This document shows positions 7,148-15,120 of a stretch of 32,000 nucleotides of DNA, piece by piece. The notes beneath the pieces were generated by a model. The model searched no databases and was not told the DNA's origin. It saw only the letters and a program-made list of their open reading frames with translations. Source of the stretch: Candidatus Iainarchaeum sp. (lineage in GTDB: Archaea > Iainarchaeota > Iainarchaeia > Iainarchaeales > JAZDEL01); assembly GCA_043808785.1 (NCBI GenBank), contig JAZDEL010000010.1, positions 201,550 to 233,549 on the forward strand. The letters run 5' to 3'. How positions within the stretch are numbered: position 1 is the first letter of the stretch; every line of letters begins with the position of its first letter. The translations under genes were made by a program, and so were the position numbers.

Positions 7148-8146
7148 TTATTTTAAATCCTTTTGGTTCAGCCGCGAACGCACCACTGAGCCTGTTTTTT
7201 CCAGCACGGCCCCTTTTCCCGTTCCCCTCGCCTTTCCCAGCGCGCGCATCCCCTTTGCGTGCTCTTTCTCCCATTCGCGCACGAACTTTCCGCTTTCTAT
7301 GTTATGTAGCAGTTTTCCCAAGCCCTTGTCCTTTTCCCGCGCGCTTTCACCGAAAAACCGCGAGCCGAATTCCGCGGTATTGCTCACCCTTTCATACATC
7401 CCCTCTATGCCGTGCTTCTCAATCAGCGCACAAACCGAGGCTGCGCCCTGCACGCAAAATAAGTAAGCGAGTTCGGCAGGGTAGCCGCGCTTGGTTAGTG
7501 TTTCAAATGCGTCTTTCATGGTTCCCGCTATGCCCCCGCAGAGCACAGCCTGCTCCCCGAAAAGGTCGCAAACGGTTTCGTGCCTCAAAGTGGTTTCAAG
7601 CACGCCGACGCGCGCCAAACCGATGCCCTTCGCGAGCGCAAGTGCAACGCCGTGTGCAGAGCCGCTCACATCTTGCTCAACCGCGATTAAGCCCATCAAA
7701 CCCCCGCCCTTAACAAAATTCTCGCGTAGGGTTTTTCCGGGTCCGATTGAGGTGCACAGCACAATATCAACGTCCGCGCGCGGCTTTATGGTTCCGAAAA
7801 CGATGTTCATCCCGTGCGCGAAAACGAGCGCGGAGCCGCGCTTAAGGTTTGGGGCAATTTCGCGCGCATACACATGCGGCTGTTCCTCGTCAGGAAGCAA
7901 AACCAAAACAACATCCGCTTTGCGGGTTGCGGTTGCGACATCAAAAACATCAAACCCCTCCCCTTTGGCGCGGTTCCAACTTTTTCCTTTGCGCACGCCC
8001 ACAATTACATCAAGCCCCGAATCCCGCAGGTTCAGCGCCTGTGCCGAACCCTGCGAACCGAAACCCAATACTGCGATTTTTTTGTTTTTTAAGGGCGCGA
8101 GGGAGGCGCCCTTTTCGGAGAACCATTTTGCGGGCATATGCAGCAA
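7148..8146 (-). CDS. ilvC: ketol-acid reductoisomerase (class I)
   Basis: [22 protein letters not shown] Rossmann motif, [24 protein letters not shown], and SNTAEFG. Confidence 0.9.
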   Translation of the reverse strand: MLHMPAKWFSEKGASLAPLKNKKIAVLGFGSQGSAQALNLRDSGLDVIVGVRKGKSWNRAKGEGFDVFDVATATRKADVVLVLLPDEEQPHVYAREIAPNLKRGSALVFAHGMNIVFGTIKPRADVDIVLCTSIGPGKTLRENFVKGGGLMGLIAVEQDVSGSAHGVALALAKGIGLARVGVLETTLRHETVCDLFGEQAVLCGGIAGTMKDAFETLTKRGYPAELAYLFCVQGAASVCALIEKHGIEGMYERVSNTAEFGSRFFGESAREKDKGLGKLLHNIESGKFVREWEKEHAKGMRALGKARGTGKGAVLEKTGSVVRSRLNQKDLK

Positions 8147-8177
8147 TTTGTGCCCGAATCACTTTTTATACAATTTG

Positions 8178-9281
8178 TTAGCGTAGCCAATTCCCTTTGT
8201 AGATTCTATAGTGAGTCTTTAGTTTCTTGTGCCCTTCCTTGCTTAAAAAATCTTCCCAGCCGTCTTTTGGAAATTGCCTGTTAAGGAACTCGTCGAAATG
8301 TTTAAATCTGCGCTGCCTGTATATCAGCGATTCCACTATTTTGCTCATTTCCTGCTTTTTCACATTTCCTAAGTATGTCAGCCAGTGGCGTTTTCCATAT
8401 TTTGGTTGGAGCATGTTGTCATATGCGGAATAAACCGAAACAAAGGCGTTGCCTTCGGGGGTTATGGCAATTTCATCGGTCTTGAAACTGGCGCGTATTT
8501 CTTTGAGCTTGTCGAAGTCACGGGCAGTAGTGTCAGACCATGCTGGCGGCTTGTACTGCCTTGCGCCGCCCGCCCGTACTATGGACCTTGCCGGGTGTAT
8601 GTCTATCCAGTAGGCTTCCAACGGGGCAGGCACCTTGCCCCCTATGGCTTCTAACGTTTCCTTGCTAACCCCCCTCGGGTCTGAAAGTTCCCGCCTCACG
8701 TCATTGGCATAGGGGCCCCTTACATTTATATGCAAATGCGGCTCCCTCAATGACATGTCAGTTTTATAGAGGAAATTAGCCAGAAGAAAAATGCGGTCTT
8801 TAAGTTTTTTGTCCGTCTTAAAATGCGCGGGGTCTGCACTTATGTAAAAGTCTATTTTTGGATACGTGCCATCAATTAGCGGCTTCTGCAACTCCAACTG
8901 TCTCATTTTTTTTGAAAATTCTGCCGGATTTGCGGGAATAAAAGACCCGTTTGAAAGAACCTCTACTCGCAGCGCATCGCGTGCCGCTTCGCGCAATATC
9001 TTGAAAAAGTCCTTATGCAGGCTGGGCTCCCCGCCCGTGAGCCTTATTTTGGTGTATCTTGAGCTCATAGAGTGTATTACTTTCATTGCCACTGCCGTTT
9101 CCATATCCCTTTCGGTGCCGCGTTCAGACTTGCTGATGCAAAACTCACAGTTGGAATTGCAGCGGTTTGTTAGGATTAAAGTGACTCTATTTAGGTCATT
9201 AAACATAAAATTGTGGACTGCGTCCCTGAGATTGAAGTATTCTTGGCCCCTGCGCATGAAATCCCAGTCTTTTTTCGCCAT
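8178..9281 (-). CDS. radical SAM domain protein of unknown function, with no auxiliary Cys cluster
   Basis: LTNRCNSNCEFC (CxxxCxxC) and the IRLTGGEPSL glycine-rich SAM motif. The roughly 200-aa C-terminal region has no cysteines and no family I recognise. ATG 9281 is preferred (MAKKDWDF); GTG 9305 is an alternative. GC is visibly lower than in the neighbours. Confidence 0.75.
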   Translation of the reverse strand: MAKKDWDFMRRGQEYFNLRDAVHNFMFNDLNRVTLILTNRCNSNCEFCISKSERGTERDMETAVAMKVIHSMSSRYTKIRLTGGEPSLHKDFFKILREAARDALRVEVLSNGSFIPANPAEFSKKMRQLELQKPLIDGTYPKIDFYISADPAHFKTDKKLKDRIFLLANFLYKTDMSLREPHLHINVRGPYANDVRRELSDPRGVSKETLEAIGGKVPAPLEAYWIDIHPARSIVRAGGARQYKPPAWSDTTARDFDKLKEIRASFKTDEIAITPEGNAFVSVYSAYDNMLQPKYGKRHWLTYLGNVKKQEMSKIVESLIYRQRRFKHFDEFLNRQFPKDGWEDFLSKEGHKKLKTHYRIYKGNWLR

Positions 9282-9306
9282 TTTGGAAAACCCTTTCAGA
9301 TACACT

Positions 9307-10575
9307 TTATTTCTTATATAATTTGTTCACAACTTCCGCCATCAGCCTTACTCCCTCTGTTATTTCCTTATCCTCCATTATCAGGCTGAACCTCACGCAC
9401 TCCCTTGCGTGCTTCCAGCCTTTCCCCGTGCCTGGGAAGAACGGGGAACCGGGCACTACAATCACGCCCGCTTCCTTGAGGCGCTCGAACAATTGCCAGT
9501 CAGAGCAGGGCAAACCCTTGAACCAGACCCACGCAAAGAACGTTCCTTCGGATTTGTGCAGGAAATAAGGAATAGTGCCATCAATGTATTTCGAGCACGC
9601 GGAGCGGAAAACCTTCTGCTTGCCGTGGTAGTGCTTCTTCACTGCCCCTTTGCACAGGCGGACCATGCTGCCGTTTGCAAGCATCCTGCGCGCAACCTCC
9701 TGCCCGAATATCGGCGGGAACAAACACACATTCGCCTGGAACGCCTTCAGGGGTTCAATCAGTTCTTTTGCGCCCACAGCAACCCCCACCCTCGCCGCTG
9801 CAAGCCCGGCCTTCGAAAAGCTGAACGTTGTAATCACGTTCGGCGCGCTTATGTATTTCATGGGCGCATAGCAAACATTGGGCACGGGCGGCGCATAAGC
9901 GCAGTCGATTATCACGGGTATTTTTTTCTTTCCCGCCTGCTTCACGATTTCCCTTACCTCCGAATCGTGCAGGACATTTCCCGAAGGGTTCGAGGGGCGG
10001 GAAAAAATAATTAAGCCTACGCCGTCAAGGTTCAGGTGTTCGAAATGCACGTTATATTTGAACTCGTGCTTCCCCGTAACCGTTATCTTCGGCCTGATGC
10101 CGACCAGCGCCTTGTCCCCTACCCCCAGGTGCATGTAACCCGTGTACTCGGGAACCAGGGGGAAGAGTATTTTTTTTCTCTTGCCCTTCGCCTTCCCCGC
10201 TAACGCGTTCGCGGCGTAATAATAAACCATCTGGCTGCCCGGGGTGACAATTATATTTTCCTCATTCGCCTTCAGCCCAGTATGCTTCTTCAGGTGCCTC
10301 CCGAACTCCTGCATGAACGGCGCGTAACCCCCGGTTGAGCCGTACCTGCAGAACACAGCGCCGAACTCATCCGAATCAACAACCTTGCGCGCGGTTTTCC
10401 TCACTTCCGCAAGCACTTTGGGAATTATCGCGGGGTTTCCCGCGCCGAAATCGTAAATCTTTTTCCCCTTGCCCGCGCGCAGCACTTCCTCTATGTCCCT
10501 GTTTATCTGCCGCACGCCCGAAAGCTGGTTCATCTCGTTCCCCAAATCGCTGAGGTGTGCATTTTCTTTCGCCAT
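9307..10575 (-). CDS. avtA: valine-pyruvate aminotransferase-like PLP-dependent aminotransferase
   Basis: Long collinear matches to E. coli AvtA: GAGNPAIIP, KKILFPLVPEYTGY, FKYNVHFEHL, FSRPSNPSGNV, the SFSK PLP lysine, and HKSEGTFFAWVWFKGLP. Confidence 0.8.
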   Translation of the reverse strand: MAKENAHLSDLGNEMNQLSGVRQINRDIEEVLRAGKGKKIYDFGAGNPAIIPKVLAEVRKTARKVVDSDEFGAVFCRYGSTGGYAPFMQEFGRHLKKHTGLKANEENIIVTPGSQMVYYYAANALAGKAKGKRKKILFPLVPEYTGYMHLGVGDKALVGIRPKITVTGKHEFKYNVHFEHLNLDGVGLIIFSRPSNPSGNVLHDSEVREIVKQAGKKKIPVIIDCAYAPPVPNVCYAPMKYISAPNVITTFSFSKAGLAAARVGVAVGAKELIEPLKAFQANVCLFPPIFGQEVARRMLANGSMVRLCKGAVKKHYHGKQKVFRSACSKYIDGTIPYFLHKSEGTFFAWVWFKGLPCSDWQLFERLKEAGVIVVPGSPFFPGTGKGWKHARECVRFSLIMEDKEITEGVRLMAEVVNKLYKK

Positions 10576-10594
10576 CTTCCCGCCCCAAACCGCG

Positions 10595-10954
10595 CTAAAA
10601 GTAATGCATAACCTCCTTAAAATTCGTTACCCTTGCCCTTTCCCCGCGCCCCGAAACGGCAATGCCCTCCGCGTGCAGGAGTTCCGCCTTTGCTTCGGTT
10701 CCGCGCGCGAACCCTCCAACGCGTGCATCGGAACGCACAACCCTGTGGCACGGAACCGCGCGGTTTTTGTTTCGAACCGCGCAACCGCACGGCGGAAACG
10801 GGTTTTTGTTTTTGTTCAGTGCGTTGCCAACCGCGCGTGCGGAGCGCGGCTTCCCGATTGCCTTAGCAATCTCGGCGTAACTGCTTACCCTCCCGCGCGG
10901 GATTTGCGCGGTTTTTAACCAAACCCTTTCCTTGAAGCATGCGGGCATATTCAT
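10595..10954 (-). CDS. single-domain MGMT/Ogt-family protein (DNA-binding/active-site domain only, PCHRV retained)
   Basis: IPRGRVSSYAEIAKAIGKPRSARAVGNAL...PCHRVVRSD..GGF. It lacks the Ogt N-terminal domain. Start at ATG 10954 or 10948. Confidence 0.75.
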   Translation of the reverse strand: MNMPACFKERVWLKTAQIPRGRVSSYAEIAKAIGKPRSARAVGNALNKNKNPFPPCGCAVRNKNRAVPCHRVVRSDARVGGFARGTEAKAELLHAEGIAVSGRGERARVTNFKEVMHYF

Positions 10955-10989
10955 TATATTAATAAGCAAAACCCTCTTAATTGGTTTTT

Positions 10990-11808
10990 ATGGCTGCAGA
11001 GTTGGAAGCAAAAAAGGTTACGGTTCCCGCGGTTATGCAAATGAAGGGCTCCGCGCCCATAGTATGCCTTACCGCATATGATTACACCACGGCGCGCATG
11101 GTTGACGAGGCGGGGATTGACATAATTCTCGTGGGAGACTCCCTCGGCGGCGTTGTTCTGGGCTATGAGAACACAATCCCTGTTAAAATGGAGGAGATGC
11201 TGCACCACACCCTCGCCGTTTCGAGGGGCGCCCGACGCGCCCTCGTCGTAGGGGATATGCCGTTCATGTCATACCAGGCAAGCGATGAGGATGCTGTGAG
11301 GAACGCGGGCAGGTTTGTCAAGGAGGCGGGCGCGCACGCGGTGAAGATAGAGGGCGGAACAGAAATGTGCCCCCGCGTGAAGGCGATTGTGAACGCGGGC
11401 ATTCCCGTAATGGGGCACATCGGGCTGACGCCCCAAAGCATAAACAAATTCGGAGGATACAAAGTCCAGGGGCGCGAGGAGGAAAGGGCAAAGCAGTTAG
11501 TTGCGGATGCGAAGGCGCTGGAGGAAGCGGGCTGTTTCTCGGTTGTGCTTGAATGCGTCCCCTCTTCCCCCGCAAAAAAAATAACCGCCTCGGTTTCGAT
11601 TCCCACAATTGGTATCGGCGCGGGTTTGGACTGCGACGGGCAGGTTCTGGTAATACACGACCTGCTCGGCCTGACGCCCGGAGAGTTCAGGCCGAAATTC
11701 GTGAAGCGGTATGCGCAGCTTGGCGCGCACGCAAGCGAAGCAATAAAAAAATTCGCTGAAGAGGTTCGCGGGAAAAAGTTCCCCGAAAAGGAATTCTGCT
11801 ACGAGTGA
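10990..11808 (+). CDS. panB: 3-methyl-2-oxobutanoate hydroxymethyltransferase (ketopantoate hydroxymethyltransferase)
   Basis: [58 protein letters not shown], and ECVP. Confidence 0.9.
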   Translation: MAAELEAKKVTVPAVMQMKGSAPIVCLTAYDYTTARMVDEAGIDIILVGDSLGGVVLGYENTIPVKMEEMLHHTLAVSRGARRALVVGDMPFMSYQASDEDAVRNAGRFVKEAGAHAVKIEGGTEMCPRVKAIVNAGIPVMGHIGLTPQSINKFGGYKVQGREEERAKQLVADAKALEEAGCFSVVLECVPSSPAKKITASVSIPTIGIGAGLDCDGQVLVIHDLLGLTPGEFRPKFVKRYAQLGAHASEAIKKFAEEVRGKKFPEKEFCYE

Positions 11809-11839
11809 ATTTTACGCGCTTAAATTCGCCGCGCTTATT

Positions 11840-12331
11840 TTATTTTTTTTCGCGCGAAATCGCAACCGCAAGCTCGCTGTGCATCTTCGCATAGTTCTCC
11901 AGTGCAATCCCCGAAAGCGCCGCATTCACGCACTGCCTGCATGCCTTTGCCGCGAGTATTTCGTCGCCCGCATTGCGGGCGATTATAGCGCTTACGTCAA
12001 TGATGCCTGCCCTGCCCTCCTTTGCGAGCGCGAACAAGCCCTGCAAATTCTCCGCAACAACCGCGGAACCCGGACTTTTGTTTTTTGTTTTTTCCGTGCC
12101 GGCTGTTGCCTTGCTTTTTCCCGTCCCTGCATGCGCCCTTATTTCCTTACCCTCCCCCGTCTCCAATTGCGCCTTTATCCTCAGCGCCTCGGTTTCCTCC
12201 GTACCCTGGGCGGAAACCGAATCAATCCCCCCTAACCAGAGGTTGTAAGCGGTTTTTGCCTCGCCGTGCGCGCCAGAAATTTCGGGGGAAAGCACAACCG
12301 CAAGAAGCGGCCTGTTTTTGGGGTTTTGCAT
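11840..12331 (-). CDS. hypothetical protein (163 aa) with a low-complexity central linker
   Basis: Only the 3' 163 codons of the 299-codon track ORF avoid overlap with the well-supported cmk gene. ATG at 12331 (MQNPKNRPLLAVV...). I recognise no family. Confidence 0.45.
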   Translation of the reverse strand: MQNPKNRPLLAVVLSPEISGAHGEAKTAYNLWLGGIDSVSAQGTEETEALRIKAQLETGEGKEIRAHAGTGKSKATAGTEKTKNKSPGSAVVAENLQGLFALAKEGRAGIIDVSAIIARNAGDEILAAKACRQCVNAALSGIALENYAKMHSELAVAISREKK

Positions 12332-12354
12332 GCTAACCAGATGTGCGATAAAGG

Positions 12355-12365
12355 TTTTTAAATTA
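12355..12365. promoter_or_regulatory. TATA-like element (TTTTTAAATTA) in the 52-nt divergent gap between 12331 (-) and 12384 (+)
   Basis: The element is centred about 25-29 nt from both candidate start codons, consistent with leaderless divergent transcripts. Confidence 0.35.
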
Positions 12366-12383
12366 ATGAAACATATGTATAGC

Positions 12384-13010
12384 ATGGAAAAGAAGGCGCT
12401 GCTGGTTATTGTCGCGGGTTTCGCGGGTTCGGGAAAAAGCACGCTCGCGGATAAATTGGCAAAGGCGCTCAAGGCTAAATGCGTGCACGCTTCGGGCGTG
12501 CTCAAGGAAATGCGGAAAAAAAAGGCTGCAAAGATAGACCTGCACGCATGCAGGCACAACACGGGCTGGTGGGAGTCTGAGGAAGGAAAGGCGTACATGC
12601 GCAGGCGCCTTGAGGACAGCACGATGGATAAGGAGCTGGACAAGCATCTGCTGAAACTCATAGCGCAGGCGAAAAAGAAAAAGCAGGCGCTCGTGCTTGA
12701 CTCATGGACAATGCCCTGGCTTTCAAAGGAAGGGTTCAAGATATGGCTGCGCGCTTCCGCGGAGAAGCGCGCGGGCAGGATTGCCGGGCGCGATGGAATT
12801 CCCGCGGCGGACGCACTTAAAAAACTCAGGGAGCGCGACGCGCAGACAGCGCAGATTTACAAAAACATCTACGGCTTCTCCCTCGGGGAGGATTTGAGGC
12901 CTTTTAACCTTGTGATTGAGACGGACGAACTTGATGAAGAAGGGGTTTTTGCGGAGGCGCTTGGGGAAGTGAAAAAGGTTATCGATGTAAACTCTGGCAA
13001 GCGGAAATAG
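12384..13010 (+). CDS. cmk: cytidylate kinase, archaeal type
   Basis: P-loop VAGFAGSGKSTLA. KIWLRASAEKRAGRIAGRDGI...RERD...YKNIYG..L..FNLVIETD matches the archaeal CMP kinase pattern. Start at ATG 12384 (MEKK), with ATG 12366 as an alternative. Confidence 0.8.
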   Translation: MEKKALLVIVAGFAGSGKSTLADKLAKALKAKCVHASGVLKEMRKKKAAKIDLHACRHNTGWWESEEGKAYMRRRLEDSTMDKELDKHLLKLIAQAKKKKQALVLDSWTMPWLSKEGFKIWLRASAEKRAGRIAGRDGIPAADALKKLRERDAQTAQIYKNIYGFSLGEDLRPFNLVIETDELDEEGVFAEALGEVKKVIDVNSGKRK

Positions 13011-13025
13011 GCGGAGCGTAGCGGC

Positions 13026-13865
13026 ATGCATATGTTGGGAAAAAACAGGCCGAGAGAACACAGCCCGTACTCATCTGCAGAATGGATTCGTAACATGAAT
13101 AACCTCCCCAATCTTAAAGTCTGGAAGCGGCACAAGGGCTTGTTTTTGCCTAAAACTGGAAAAAAGTATGCTTATTTTAAGCCTAGTGTGCAGTGGGCAG
13201 ACCTGAATCTTGGGGAACTGCCTCTTGACGCGAAAACAAGAATACTCCAGATAGGTGCGGGAAGCGGGAGGCTTGCCGCATGGCTGTTTGGCATGAAAAA
13301 ACTGAGGCCTGAAAATTACGATTTGATGGATTTAGCATACTCGCCCAAAGGCGGGAAATGGGACGGGAGCGGAGTTTACTTCAAATCGCGTATTGCCAAC
13401 TTGTTGCGGGCGGGGAAAATCCGCATTATGCGCGGGAATATGTATTCTTACAAGTTCTCCAAAGAGGCGCACGGCCGATATGACCACATATTGCTTCCGA
13501 ATGCATTTTTTTCGTCCCGCGTCAATTTGAATGCCAAAGGCCTCCAAACAATGCATGCGGCTCTCGGTAAAATTTCCCCCTCCTCGCAGTTAGGGAAAGA
13601 ACTGGCTAGGCATCCGCACCTGATTCCAACTATTGCCAAAAATATTTGTGCTCTGGCGCGCCTTGTCGGGAACCTGCAGGTTGCGCTTAAGCCTGGCGGG
13701 ACTATCCGCATCTCCTCGGTCGGCAATAATATTTTTTCGGCAATAAATGAACTCCCGCACAAAGAGCGGTTGTTCCCTGGCTTCAGTGATTTTGAGCAGG
13801 GGCTGAATGGAAATGCCATAATTTTCAGGAAAAAACCTGCCGCACGCGGAAAAACAAACAAATAA
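13026..13865 (+). CDS. divergent class I SAM-dependent methyltransferase-like protein
   Basis: RILQIGAGSGRLA (motif I-like) and ALKPGGTIRISS (post-II/III-like). GC is lower than in flanking genes. Start uncertain. Confidence 0.5.
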   Translation: MHMLGKNRPREHSPYSSAEWIRNMNNLPNLKVWKRHKGLFLPKTGKKYAYFKPSVQWADLNLGELPLDAKTRILQIGAGSGRLAAWLFGMKKLRPENYDLMDLAYSPKGGKWDGSGVYFKSRIANLLRAGKIRIMRGNMYSYKFSKEAHGRYDHILLPNAFFSSRVNLNAKGLQTMHAALGKISPSSQLGKELARHPHLIPTIAKNICALARLVGNLQVALKPGGTIRISSVGNNIFSAINELPHKERLFPGFSDFEQGLNGNAIIFRKKPAARGKTNK

Positions 13866-13924
13866 AAACATCAACCGCGTTATTGTTTTGGTTATTTGGG
13901 TTCAAGGTTGCAGAGGGTTCGCGC

Positions 13925-14629
13925 ATGGACAGGATTAAAACAGGAATAAAGGGCATGGATGAATTAATCCAGGGCGGCATTCCGAGCGGCAGCACAGTTC
14001 TGGTGTGCGGCGGGGCGGGAACGTGCAAAACAATATTTGCATCTTCATTTATTTACGCTGGCGCGAAAGACTTCGGCGAACCCGGCTTGTATGTCACGCT
14101 CGAGGAAAGCCTGAAGAACATCACATGGAACATAGAGAACTTCGGCTGGGACATCAAGAAACTGCAGGATAAAAACCTGATGAAGATGTACAGGCTGCAC
14201 ATCGACCCCGAGCGCGACGTGAAAAAGCAAATCGATGCCGAGCTGAAAACCATCGCCTCGATTGTTGAAGAGATGGGGGCAAAGCGCCTGGCAATAGATT
14301 CCACAACCGCGTTTGCCGTGTGGATAGAAAGTTCGGGCGCGATACGCAGCCTGCTCTACAGGTTCGCGGACAAATTGAAAGAACTGAACTGCACAACCAT
14401 GCTGATTGCGGAAACAAAGGGCGGGCGCACTGATTTCTCCGCATTTGGGGTGGAGGAGTTTGTTGCGGACGGGGTTTTTGCGCTTTACTTCAGCCCGCCG
14501 AACAGGAGCATTTTCATAAGGAAGATGCGCGGCACGAACCACTCGAAAAGCGTGCACCCGCTGGAGATAAGCCCCGCGGGCCTGGCAATCCGCCCTAAGG
14601 ATGAAATTATCTGGGAAGCGATTAAATAG
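13925..14629 (+). CDS. KaiC-like / RecA-superfamily single-domain ATPase
   Basis: MDRIKTGIKGMDELIQGGIPSGSTVLVCGGAGTCKT (atypical Walker A), YVTLEES, and RLAIDS (Walker B). Confidence 0.8.
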   Translation: MDRIKTGIKGMDELIQGGIPSGSTVLVCGGAGTCKTIFASSFIYAGAKDFGEPGLYVTLEESLKNITWNIENFGWDIKKLQDKNLMKMYRLHIDPERDVKKQIDAELKTIASIVEEMGAKRLAIDSTTAFAVWIESSGAIRSLLYRFADKLKELNCTTMLIAETKGGRTDFSAFGVEEFVADGVFALYFSPPNRSIFIRKMRGTNHSKSVHPLEISPAGLAIRPKDEIIWEAIK

Positions 14630-14705
14630 TGCGCCCGCGTTTCGGGGTGCGATAAAATAAATAGTTGTGCCTTAGCCGGCATGCACATGCCGTGGCTGCA
14701 GGGCA

Positions 14706-14921
14706 TTACTGCCTTGTCTTAACCGCGAGCTTTATGTCCTCAGCCGTAACAGTTGTCCGGTTCGCGTGCTTCGCGAACTCGTTAGCCTGTTTTGCTATCT
14801 CTATCCCCTTTTCCTCTAAAATTTCGCCGAGCGCAGCAGCGGCACTCTCGCTCACGCGGTTTGCCCCCGCCTTTCTGATAATCCTGTCGACTGCCGCAAG
14901 CGGCAGAATTTTCTCCGACAT
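14706..14921 (-). CDS. archaeal histone (HMf family)
   Basis: [67 protein letters not shown] is collinear with the HMfB histone fold. ATG at 14921. Confidence 0.9.
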   Translation of the reverse strand: MSEKILPLAAVDRIIRKAGANRVSESAAAALGEILEEKGIEIAKQANEFAKHANRTTVTAEDIKLAVKTRQ

Positions 14922-15120
14922 TTGAAAAACCTCTTTAAATGTTTTAACCAAACCGATATATAATAATTGCGGTTTTTTGGGGCTAAAAAGCCCTATTTTC
15001 GCCCCGTTTCTGCAAAAAACACGAAAAAAACCAATGCGCGTGGTTCGCGGCGGGGTTTTTGTTTTGGCGCGTGCATGCGGTCATAACCTTATTAATTCTT
15101 CATAACATATTCCTCATTGC

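Noticed and set aside
8178-9305. The radical SAM protein as a prokaryotic viperin (CN..C.FC resembles viperin CNYKCGFC).
   Set aside because: The motif similarity is generic to radical SAM enzymes. I did not recognise a viperin-like C-terminal region, and no adjacent nucleotide kinase is present.
11840-12739. The full 299-codon minus-strand ORF.
   Set aside because: Its 5' 136 codons are antisense to the well-supported cmk gene and encode a Ser/Cys/Phe-rich sequence. It is trimmed to the ATG at 12331.
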